Of a DNA stretch of 35,398 nt, positions 24,444-35,398 are shown piece after piece. The translations under genes and the position numbers were made by a program. Within the stretch, counting starts at the first letter, position 1. Every line of letters begins with the position of its first letter. The notes under the pieces were generated by a model. That model was not told where the DNA came from, did not search any database, and saw only the letters and a program-made list of their open reading frames with translations. The stretch is from Chiloscyllium plagiosum (Eukaryota), in assembly GCF_004010195.1 (NCBI RefSeq), contig NC_057719.1, positions 12,301,084 to 12,336,481 on the forward strand, written 5' to 3'.

Positions 24444-24992
24444 TTACATTTCAGAACATTTCCAAATCTCATACAATGACAGTATAAATTCACAGCAACA
24501 TATCCTGAGCTTATTCTCCTTGTAAAACCAGCTTGTCTAATACCACAGTCTTGCTCATCCCAGTACCCTTTACTACACCGGTTTTTGAGTAACTCCCTTT
24601 TGACCAAACAATTATGGATTGTTTCAAGATTAACCTGTGGCAAAGAATTCCAATAGTTTTTGAACAATCAACTTCTCATTCAATTCCTTTTTAGTGATTA
24701 AGTACAGTTCTGTACTTACCCTATGACAATTTCACTGATCAGTACAATTAATCCTTCAGAGTTCCTTAAATCTTTCTCCTATTATCAGTTTACCAGACTT
24801 ACTAAACTGAAGCTACAGTATGGCAGCCTTTAGAATAAGGATGGTTTTGTTTATCTTTTTACACTCTTGACAACACATCCTGCCACTTTGATGCACCCAT
24901 CCATAAACCACAATACCTTTGTTCATCTACGTTTTGCGTCTTTAATCTAACTTCAGATTCCTACAAATTCAGTTGTACCTGCCACTCATCAG

Positions 24993-25173
24993 GAGAAAGT
25001 GAGGACTGCAGATCAGAGCTGAAAATGTGTTGCTGGAAAAGCGCAGCAGGTCAGACAGCATCCAAGGAGCAGGAGAATCGACGTTTCGGGCATGAGCCTG
25101 AAGAAGGGCTCATGCACTTCCTGAAGAAGGGCCTGTCTGACCTGCTGCGCTTTTCCAGCAACACATTTTCAGC
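24993..25173 (-). mobile_element. Fold-back PLE-terminal insertion
   Basis: Inverted arms 'gctgaaaatgtgttgctggaaaagcgcagcaggtcagacag' and 'ctgtctgacctgctgcgcttttccagcaacacattttcagc'; 15-bp TSD cctgccactcatcag at 24978-24992 and 25174-25188. Confidence 0.85.
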
Positions 25174-26198
25174 CCTGCCACTCATCAGCCCATTCTGTTC
25201 ACTTGTGCTCGTTTACAGACTTTCACAATCCTGACCAGTTTATCATATTAATTGTTTTAAATTGAGAATGTAACTTTCTGGCATTTTCCTTAACGACAAC
25301 TAGGAATGGGAGATAAATGATGGCTTTACCAACAACGTCCACACTGAACCATTTAAGAAATCTTCAGCTCAACTACTTCCACAAAAAGTGTACATGATAC
25401 CTTATTGCATTATGAATCCCACTTCAGTTTTTCTCTCACCAAATAAATCTATTGCACAAAAAAATAAAATTAAAACTCTTCATTTAAATCTCCATCTGAC
25501 ATGGAAATATACATTCAGAAATGGAGGATATTATTGGAGAGTTGTTCCAGACTTAAGGCCTATTTCAGGTGGTTGAGCAGATAGTCTAGGATTATTGCCT
25601 CATATAATAGATGGCAAAATATACACTGAAGGTGCCAAGGACATTACACATTCTCTTCTGATATACCATATAGGTGGTCTGGGCAACATTTCTGACCAAA
25701 CATGCATTTAATATCAAAACAACAGGGGAACTCACGTCAGTTAGATTCAATGATTTGAAAACCAGATGATTTTTGCTGCAACTGGGCACGAACAATAGTA
25801 CAGAAGTGTTGTTAGTTATTCTTAACAGGCTAACCCACTGTCAAGATGTTTACTTCCACTGGACGGAGTGTCAAGCTAATGTAGAAAATTCATGTCAGCA
25901 GTCAGATGAGATTCTCCCATATCCTCTCTCTCAATGCCAAGACCATCCCAAGGCCACATTACAAAAGCCACAAACTAACTCCCACCATCTACAGTCATAG
26001 ATCTGGATTGCTTTATTTCAGAATAAACCATCACAAAACATAACCAATGCTAACCAATCACCCCTGCATCACAGCCTAGACGTCTATCTACAAGATTATT
26101 TGAACTCCCAGCAGTAACTTAGACCGTAGTTAAGGGTGTAGTGTATTCCCAAAGACAATATTAAGTTATATGAAGATCTTAGCTTTATACTTTGCTTA

Positions 26199-26825
26199 GG
26201 GAAGCACCACGGCTCAGTGGTTAGCACTGCAGCCTCAATGCCAGAGACGCTGGTTCGACTGCAGCCTCGGGGACTGTCTGCGTGAAGTTTGCACATTCTC
26301 CTGGTGTCTGCATGGGTTTCCTCCAGGTGCTCCGAATAGGCAAAGTCTTTTCCCTGGGGTAGGGGAGTCCAGAACTAGAGGGCAAGGTTTAGGGTGAGGG
26401 GGGAAAGATATAAAAGAGACCTAAGGGCAACGTTTTCACACAGAGGGTGGTACGTGTATGGAATGAGCTGCCAGAGGATGTGGTGGAGGCTGGTACAATT
26501 GCAACATTTAAGAGGCATTTGGATGGGTATATGAATAGGAAGGGTTTGGAGGGATATGGGCCGGGTGCTGGCAGGTGAAACTAGATAGAGTTGGGATATC
26601 TGGTCAGCATGGACGGGTTGGACCGAAGGGTCAGTTTCCATGCTGTACATCTATGGCTCTAATCCAAAGGTGTGCAGGTTAGGTGAATTGGCCACGCTAA
26701 ATTGCCTATAGTGTTAGGTGCATTAGTCAAAGGGAATTAGGTCTGGGTGGGTTACTCTTCGGTGGGTTGGTGTGGACTTGTTGGGCCAAATGGCCCATTT
26801 CCACACTGTAGGGAATCTAATCTAA
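26199..26825 (+). mobile_element. HE1-type SINE split by a CR1 fragment
   Basis: SINE 5' half 26199-26334 and 3' half 26662-26825. Confidence 0.85.
26335..26661 (+). mobile_element. CR1 LINE 3' end (same subfamily as 7003-7335)
   Basis: 'ttccctggggtaggggagtccagaactagagggc ... gggatatgggccgggtgctggcagg' closely matches 7020-7330. Confidence 0.9.
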
Positions 26826-27799
26826 CATTATTTACATCTTTTCCTGAAATGTTCTGTGCCACATGACTCAAGTCCAACAAACTCTTCTATTCTGGTTTCA
26901 GTCATTTATACATCTCAGCATACTTGTTTTCAGTTCATGCTTTCACTGTGAAATTGAACTAATTCAGTTAATGTAGATGGATTAATATGGCAAATTTTAA
27001 TGGCGAATGCCTCTCACGATGTACTGAGCAGCATAGATTGCAAGACATCATCTTTGATAATACAGAGACAGCTCACTTGTGCTTTGGGGTGGCAACTGCT
27101 TTCTTAGGGCAAGTGCCAATAACCTATTGGTCATTCAACAATTCCCGTTGGAAAGTGAGTGCTTATACAATGGCTTGCATGCATTATTTTTTAAAAAAGA
27201 AATAAAAGGCAGAAGTTGAAAACAGAAAATACTTATTATTCCAAAAATCTAAGATAGCAGTTTGACATGATTTCAGAAAGCTGTAGAAAAAAAATGCAAA
27301 AAAAATTTAAATCTCCTATGAATGCAAAATCCTACAAGTTTTACAGTTTATGAAAACAGCAGTAAATTAGAAAATACACAACCATATATTAGAGCTATTG
27401 TTTCTCTACACTGCTAATGAGATTTTCATTAAAAGCTAAAGATCATAATGGAGAAATAATAATTTGAGACACAAGTTAGGATGAGCAAACTAAATGTAGA
27501 CAAGGACCAAAGAATTTGACTCATTGACAGATTCAGAGCATTCTGGAACAAGGTACAAATGCTCCATGTCATAACAGTAATATAAAAAGGATGAGATTGT
27601 ATACCATATGGTTAGTAGCTGAAGGTTGGCCTGGGTTCCAATATGACATCAAATGGATGTTGTGAACTTAATCTTAGTAAATCTGCAATGCAAGCTTCAG
27701 TAATGAATCTAACTATCATGAATAAGTTTTACTTGCCAAATTCTACAATACTTAAGTACTACTGAGTCAGTATCAATTTCAGCCATCTTTTAAAATGGT

Positions 27800-28170
27800 A
27801 GCGAATTTTGAGAGGATTTGTAGCTCAGGTTGAGGTTCTGGGGTGTTGGTTTGCTCACTGAGCTGGAAGGTTCATTTTCAGACATTTCGTCACCATACTA
27901 GGCAACTTCTTCAATGAGCCTCCAGAAAAAGCACTGATGATGATTCCTGTTTTCTATTAATATGTTTGGGTTTTTTTGGGTTGGTGATGTCATTTCCTGA
28001 TCTTTTTCTCAGGGGGTGGTAAATCAGATCCAAGTCAATGTGTTTATTGTTAGAGCTCCGGTTGGAATGCCATGCTGCTAGGAATTCTCGTGTGTGTCTC
28101 TCTGTTTGGCTTGTCCTAGGATGGATGTGTTGTCCCAGTCAAAGTGGTGCCCTTCCTCATCTGTATGTAT
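27800..28170 (-). mobile_element. Penelope-like (Poseidon-type) 3' fragment, second PLE family; short terminal also at about 13145-13198
   Basis: Minus-strand peptides DEEGHHFDWDNTSILGQAKQ and REFLAAWHSNRSSNNKHIDLD (GIY-YIG C-terminus); terminal 'aacctgagctacaaatc'. Confidence 0.75.
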
Positions 28171-31056
28171 ATATACAGAGAGACACTGCGATTTGAACTC
28201 TTGCCCTCAGAACATTGGACTAGCAATCCAGAACTCCAGGCCAGTGACATTACCACTGCACCACTAGGTTCACAAATAAGACAGCATTTTCTAAGACAGA
28301 TGAGGAAGAATTTCTACTTAGAGGGTTATTAATATTTTGAGTTTTCTTTCCCAGAGAACTGAGAGGGCTGATTAGAATTTGATTAGACCCCGCAGAGGTT
28401 TTGAACATGATGGATCATGGTGATGGTGCTGAGGGGTGCAGCAGACAGGAAAGTTGACTGAAGACCACACAGAAGTCATGATTGTATAGAATCATGTTCA
28501 ATATTAGATTCAAGGGGTTAACTAGCCTAGTCTTGATATTTATGACATTATAATTATATGCAAATTTTACTGATAAGGAGACATTAAGACAGGTGACCAA
28601 AATCAAACAATAGTGTTTACAAGGAAGGAAAAGAGGGGTATTGAAGTTGAACAATTTAAGAAGGATGTTCTAGAGCTTAACACCTCAGTAGCTGATGGCA
28701 GTGATTAAAAGTGGAGCACGAAGTGCTGGAATTAGAGGAGTGCAAATATCTTTCTGAAAAGAGGAGATAACAGAGATAGATTGGAAAGGGTAAGGCCATG
28801 GATGGATGGCCCAAGGCAGGAATTGAGTCAGCTGTGTTACAGGAGGTGGAAATATGTAGCCTTTGTGATGGTGGGATTGTGGTTGGTAGGGGATGAAACA
28901 TGTAACCAAGTTTATTTCACTTTGACAGAGTAATGAAATCAATGGACCTGCCAAGGGCCAGGAGACAGGGGCTTTGACTTACTCAAGTTTAAAGAGGGCA
29001 TTTCTGCATATCCAGCAACAAATACACAGTCTGACAATCAATGGGGATGGGGTTGTTGACATAAGTATTGATGAAGACACTCGGTCACTCTTCTTGGAAT
29101 AGTGCAATCTTTTATTTCCGTTTGAGTCTACAGATGGAACTTTGGTTCAGGGCACTTTGCCTGCACTACTTGCAACAGGAGTAGGGGATTTAAAAAAAGG
29201 CACAAATAGAGATAAATAGTTATGATAATTGTCATTACAGAAACATGCACCATGACTGGGAACTGAATATACAAGATGTTTGATGTTTAGGAATGGCAGA
29301 TAAAGGATGGAGGTGGAATTGTGCTGATAATGCTTGATGGGATCATTACATTAGTGTGGAAGGATCACAGATCGTGGGAACAACAACATGTAGAATGTGA
29401 ATGGAGCTCAAAACAGCAAGTGATAGCAGGCAGTGGCTGGAGATACTTATAGGCCAAATAGTAGTGGTAGTATGGGGCATTGTATAAATCAGGGTATGAG
29501 AGAAATATGCAACATGGGCAACAATCTGTATATAGTCTGGGTAATCCAACTGAATACAGATACTCTGAAAGACAAGTGTTCAGAGGATCTGAAGATAATT
29601 TTGAGGAACCAACTACAAGATAGAATTTTAGATATAGTATTATGTAACAGGAAGGGGCTAATTAATAATCTGTTGAGAAAAGAACCTTTAGGGATAAATG
29701 ACTACAATACCACAGATTTGGTATTGTGTTTGAATACCATTTATGTATTGAAACACTTGCACATTATGTTTGAAACTGAGAAAGTTTAATCTGGAAACAA
29801 GATTCTTAAATTTGAATAAGGGAGATGAGGAAAGCAGGAGGCTGAGCTAGATTGGGAAAATACACTAAAATACATAACTGTACTAAGGCAATGGACAGTA
29901 TATAAATAGCTATTGGTGGCTTACATCAACTACACATTTTTTCCAAGGTATAGAAACCCAAATGTCAGTCAACTATGGCTGACAAAAGAAATTAAAAATT
30001 GTGGAAAATTAAAAACAAAGGCTTGTAAAGTTGCCAGAAGTAGTGATAAATCTGAGAATTGGGAAGTTTAAAGAAAACAGCAAAGGAGGACCAAAAAACT
30101 AATAATAAGAAAAAATTTAGTTTTTTTATATTGCATTTGTTTTAACTGCAAAACCTTTCTAAAGGAGTGCAAAATGAAACGTTTGGCTAAGGTGAATGTG
30201 GATATATTATTAGTCAGGAGAATTTGTAACAGGGAATAGAAGAACGGCATAAAAACTAAATGATTTAATTTGTGTCCATTTTCAATGAAGATACAAGAAA
30301 TCTCCCAGCGCTAGGTATTCAAGTGACTAAGGAGAATGAGGAGCTGAAGGAAATTCAGCAAAAAGGTTGTACTGGAGAAATTAATAGGGCTGAAAATTGA
30401 AAAGTCACAAGACTTGATAGCGTACATCTCAAACAGTGTTGAAGTGGCTAGAGATAATCAACATATTGGTGGCCATCTTCAAAAATTCCATCGATTCTGG
30501 AATGGTTGCAAGGTTGGAAATATCATACCCCTATTTAAGAAAGGAGCAAGAGAGAAAACAGGGAGCTACAGATCAATGTTACCTTTAAGCTGTGCAGTCA
30601 ATCAGCTCAGAGAATCCATTGCAGCTTTGACTATAGGTTCCAGGTGTCACAGGTTTTGGAAGCCAACGCAGCTGTTCTGAAAGTTAGAGGGAACACTGCT
30701 CCAGTCTTGTCATCTTTGCCTCAGTAAAAGGGAAAATGCTAGAAATCTATTATAGAAAATGTAATAAGTGAACCCTTGGATAAAAATGATTTGATCAAGC
30801 TTAGCAAGATTTTGTGAATGGAAGACATTATTTATGACAAATACTGGAGTTGAGGATATTACTAACAACTGATAAAAAGGGAAGTTGACAGAAATAGAAG
30901 TAGGGTACTTGAATTTTCAGAAGGCTTTTGATAAGAACCCCCTCAGAAGTTTGGTTAGCAAAATTGAAGCACATGGGATAGCAGGAAATGTACTGACATG
31001 AATTAAGGATGGCAAGCAGACAGAAAACAGAGTTGGAAGAAATGAGTCATTCTTAT

Positions 31057-31224
31057 GTTCTGAAAACAACAAATGCTGGAGATCACAGCATCCATAGAGA
31101 AAGAGCAAGCTAACGTTTTGAGTTCAGATGACTCTTCATCAGAGTTGGATGTTGTCTGACCTGCCGTTATCTCCAGCATTTGTAATTTTCAGTACAGATT
31201 ACAGCATCTGCAATAGTTTGCTCT
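31057..31224. mobile_element. Fold-back PLE-terminal insertion inside CR1
   Basis: 'aaatgctggagat' versus 'atctccagcattt' inverted arms; TSD gtcattcttat (31046-31056) and gtcattctcat (31225-31235). Confidence 0.7.
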
Positions 31225-31789
31225 GTCATTCTCATATTGGCAGATTGATTAGTAAGGGTGCTGCTCACAATTTCAATGAGTTTGATATAGGCACCAAATA
31301 TAATATTTCTAAATTAACAGAGGATACAAAGCAAAGCAGGAATATATGTTGGCAGGAAGATATAACGTGGTTTCAGAACGATTTGGCAGGCATGATATGT
31401 GGGCAAGAACATGGCAGATGAAACATAATATGGGTAAATAGTGTCAAGGGACAGATGTGCAGACTATTTAAATGGTGAGGGTTTGGGAAATGATGTACAA
31501 AAAGGAACCCAACTCTTCCAGCAAGTTCAGTAAGCTACGAGGAAAGCTAATGGAATGTTAGCCTTTATTGCAAGAAGATTTCAGTTTTGGAGTTGTGAGG
31601 TCTTGCTTCAATTACATAGGAGCCTAGTTACACTGGAGTACTGTGTGTAGAATTGGTCTCCTTATGTGGGGTGGGTGTGGATTGGGTTGCAATTATAGTG
31701 GTCATACCCCTGGACCAGGAGACCCAGTATCAAGTCCCACCTGCCACCAGAAGTGTGCAATAATATCAATCTTTCATCACAGGAGAGGT

Positions 31790-33100
31790 CCCAGAGGACT
31801 GGGGATTAGCCACTATTGTTCCTTTGTTTAGGAAGGGCAACAGGGATAATCTGGGGAATTATAGGTTGGTGAAACTTCGTCAGTGGCAGGGAAATCATTG
31901 GAGAAGGCTAGTAGCAAAAGGCAGCATGGCGTTGTGCAGGGAAGATCTCATCTCACAAACCTGAGTTTTTTTGAGGAAGTGACACGGATGATTGATGAGG
32001 GCAGGGGGGTAGATGTCCAAATGGATTTTAACAAGGTCTTTGACAAGGTCCCTCATGGAAGGCTGATTAAAAGGTGGTCATGTAGGATCTGAGCGAACTG
32101 GTAAGAGGGATACTGAACTAGCTTAGCCATAACAGAAGTGGTGGAAAGGTGTTTTTCAGACTGGAGGCTTGTGACCAGTGGTGTTCCGCAAGGAATAGTG
32201 TTGGGACCCCTACTGTTTGTCATATATGTGATTGAGGATAATGTAGGTGGTCTGATTGGGGGAGCCATGGATAATGAGGAGGATTGCCAGAAGATACAAC
32301 ATGATGTAGAGCTAGAGAATCGGGCAAAGAATGGCAGATGGTGTTTAATCCAGACAAATGTGAGGTGATGAATTCTGGAAGATCAATGCAGGACAGGTAA
32401 ATTGCAGAACCCTGAGGAGCACCAACTCCAGAGGGATCCATGCGTACAGGTCCACAGTTCCCTGAAAGCGGCAAAACAAATGGACAAGGGAGTTGAGATG
32501 GCATACACCATGCTTGCCTTCATTGGTTGGGGCACAGAATATAAAAATTGACAAGTCATGTTACATAGAACATTTATTAAGCCATATTTGAAATATTGTG
32601 CACAGTTGTCACCATACTACCAGAAGAATGTACAGGCTTTGAAGAGGGTACAGAAACAGTTTACCAGGATGTTGCCTGGTTTGGAGGATATTAGCTATGA
32701 GCAAAGACTGATCAAACTTGGCTCATTTTCACTTCATCACAGGATGAGGGGCAAACTGATAGAAGTTTACAAAATTATGAGAGACATGGATAGAATAGTG
32801 AGTCTTTTTCCATGGGGAGAAATGGAAATCACTTGGGACATAGGTTTAACATAAAAAGGGGGGCAAGTTTAAAGATGATGCAAGAGGCAAGGTTTTGTTT
32901 TACACAGAGGGTGGCAAGTGCCTGGAATACACTGACAGAGAAGAAGAAGGGGATGGACACAACAACATTTAAGAGGAATTTTGACGGATATATAAAGAGG
33001 CAGGGAATAGCGGGATGCGGACAATGCAAAGGCAAAAGGTTTTCAGTTCAGAAAGACACAATCTTAGTGGGCATGTTCCTGCGCTGTACTGTTCTTTCTT
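31790..33100 (+). mobile_element. Second CR1 LINE RT fragment nested in the older CR1
   Basis: MDFNKVFDKVPHGRL, VTSGVPQGIVLGPLLFVIY and LKRVQKQFTRMLPGL...RGKLIEVYKIM; own 3' tail at about 33080-33100. Confidence 0.85.
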
Positions 33101-34321
33101 CTTTTCTCAGGAAAGATATTATCGTAATAGACGGAGTACAGCAAAGGTCACCAGACTTGTTCTGGGATGGGAAGACTGTCCTACGACGAGAGATTGGGCA
33201 AAATATGCCTGTATTTTCTGGAGTTTTAAAGAATGAGAGGTGATCTCATTGAAACCTACAAAATCCTTGAAGGGATATACAGGATAGATGCAGGGAAAAC
33301 TTCCACCTGGTTAGGCAGTCTAAAACCAGGGGACACAATTTAAAAATAAGCCAGTGGCTCCAAAAGAGCAGCTTACCTTTATTAAATATAATAAATTTAT
33401 TACAACATCTACCTGTATTGATCACACAAGAGTAGAGAACATTGCAGAGCTCTGGACCTCAGAGTAAGTGTTGCATAGTAAAAAATAAAAACAAAAAAAA
33501 TAGAGACGAGGAGGAATTTCTTGTCAGATGGTAATGAACCTGTGGAATTCTTTATCACAGAAGGCTGTCAAGACAGGGTGTTGAAGTAAATTCAAGGCTC
33601 AGAGAGTCAGACATTTTGGAAACGGCTAGAAAGTGGAATCAAGAATCAAAACAGCCATAATCTAAATCAAATAGCAGTACAGACTGAACAGCCTACTTCT
33701 ACACCTATGCCTCATCTGCTTCCATTTTCCTCCAGCTTCAAAATACAGCCTAAAGATGCTTCTTACATCAGTGTCAACTTTCACTTACATGGCTGCACAG
33801 GATCAAAGGGCCCAACTCATTTTAACTGATTCAATTTGTGTTACAATTCTGCAAAGCCAATTCTATTATTTGAACAATTGGGAATACCATGCATAATTTA
33901 GAATCTTGATGATTATTCACGAAGTACTCATTTTTCAAGTTTCTTTGCTACAGTGTAGTTCAGGCTGTCAATCTAAGCAGCAATATGTTCACCACTGGTA
34001 GCTTTCCTCAGTCCTAACATACTGAGCACTTTTTCAAACTTCCAACAAAAACGTTTTCACCAGATTTCAGTCAGATATAATAATGTATTTCTGAAATTTT
34101 CATCGATTTGAATTATGAAAAACACTTAGCAATGTACTTACAGATTGTGTCCTTTGAAATTTGGGTTATATCTGGAGAAAACAATTTTGAACTGTGAAAC
34201 AAATAGGGTGAAGTAATAGTTGTTTACAAGCTATGCTTATGCAAGTAGCTTTTGGAGCAACTCAAGGTTTTAAGTATTAAAACATATTAACTCAAGCATT
34301 TTTCCTTACTGCTCATTATTG

Positions 34322-35015
34322 TAGAATCACAGTGCAGAAATACCATTTGACCCACCAAGTCTGCACTGATCCTCCAAAGAGTTTCCCACCCTAAACCAGT
34401 GAATGCCGCATTGTGTTTTCGCCATGGCTAACCCAACTAACCTGCACAGGCCCTGAATACCATAGGTCAATTTAGCATGGCCAGTACACTTTACCTGTAC
34501 ATTTTTGGACTGTGGGAGGAAACCAGAGCACGTACAGGAAACCCATGCAGATAATCGTAAAACTCTGGGAGTTATGGTTTTCATTATCACTAGTATTGAG
34601 TGTTGTATTTCAATCCAAAGCTCTTACAAAATGATTTTTTTAAAAAAAAAACAATCCGCAGACCAAATGGAGGAAAAGTACAATTTCCAGAGGAGTATAA
34701 TTTACAATTAAGAACATACTCTGTTTATGTGCAGATTAGGTGAATTGGCCATTCTAAATTGCCCATGGTTTTCAGGGACGTGAAGGTTAGGTGCATTGGT
34801 CAGAATGAATGTAGAGTAAGTAATAGGATAGAGGAATGGGTCTGGGTGGTTACTCTTCAGAGGGCCACTGTGGACTTGTTGGGCCAAATGGCTTGTCTCC
34901 ACACTGTAGGGATTCTATGAATGGAAAAGATACAAATTCCACACAGTCACCCAAGGCTGGAATCAAACCTGGGTCCCTGGCACCACAAGGCAGCAGTGCT
35001 AACCACTGCGTCACC
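34322..35015 (-). mobile_element. Split HE1-type SINE (tail 34322-34555, head 34935-35015) enclosing an opposite-strand SINE 3' half (34728-34920)
   Basis: Consensus continuity '...gaaacccatgcaga|...|caaattccacacagtcacc' across the gap. Confidence 0.7.
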
Positions 35016-35087
35016 TGAGGGACAAGTATTTAAACACTAGGAATAAATGTTGAAAAAATGATGTATTGACTGGATCAGGAGGCAATA

Positions 35088-35398
35088 TTGGTCAGCAAGA
35101 GCTGGGCGCGAGCTGGGCGGAGGTGCAGTTGGAGTGCAGAGCTGGTCGGGAAGGTAAGTGATTGATATCTGAGTGGGTGTGTTCTGGACCCCAGGCCCTA
35201 CAAAGTAGGGCCTCCCTCCCATCCTCCTCCTCTAACTTAACTTTAAAGTCCACAGGTAAGCTACTCAGTGTTCTTGTTTTGGAGATTAAATGTAGAGCAA
35301 TGGCAGCGCAGGCAGTGGAATGTTCCTCCTGCAGGATGTTTGAGGTAGGGGTGACCACCGATGCTCCTGCCGACTTCATTTGCAGGAAGTGCAGTCAG
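35088..35398 (+). mobile_element. 5' end of a CR1-type LINE: 5'UTR and start of ORF1 (ATG at 35300), running off the window
   Basis: 35300-35398 reads MAAQAVECSSCRMFEVGVTTDAPADFICRKCSQ, a CxxC-x16-CxxC motif typical of the fish CR1 ORF1 N-terminus; GC-richer leader. Left boundary approximate. Confidence 0.7.

Larger units (their letters stand above)
29260..33720 (+). mobile_element. Long degraded CR1 LINE (endonuclease plus RT remnants) hosting nested insertions
   Basis: Remnant peptides ILDIVLCNRKGLINNL, NIIPLFKKGAREKTGSYR and ISKLTEDTK; interrupted at about 31665 and resuming at about 33106. Confidence 0.75.

Noticed and set aside
27230..27300. Strong acceptor 'ttttttttctacag' on the minus strand
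   Set aside because: Lies in AT-rich low-complexity sequence with no convincing donor.
1..35398. CRISPR array, operon or other prokaryotic system
   Set aside because: No regularly spaced repeats or long intact ORFs; the sequence is intron-rich vertebrate DNA.

Overview
Eukaryotic genomic DNA from a cartilaginous fish. The repeat content (HE1-type tRNA-derived SINEs with TCTAA tails, shark CR1 LINEs, a DeuSINE domain) points to a shark, probably a bamboo or carpet shark; this is inference. The only host gene I can support is exportin-1 (XPO1/CRM1) on the minus strand. Eight coding exons (equivalent to human exons 2-9; 747 nt, 249 aa) lie between 12332 and 3399, all with GT-AG splice sites, and the gene continues beyond position 1. 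The region 12.3-35.4 kb is upstream of the ATG exon, probably a long first intron, since no CpG island or promoter is visible. Almost everything else is transposable element debris: CR1 and RTE LINE fragments, several SINE families, two TA-flanked MITEs and at least two Penelope-like element (PLE) families. The most interesting pattern is a set of roughly 95-190 bp PLE-terminal insertions. They carry a hammerhead-ribozyme-like core (CUGANGA-stem II-GAAAC), are often folded back into long palindromes, have 11-15 bp target-site duplications, and repeatedly truncate or invert right at the ribozyme motif. I see no prokaryotic-type system such as CRISPR. Most ORFs in the supplied track are repeat-derived or spurious.
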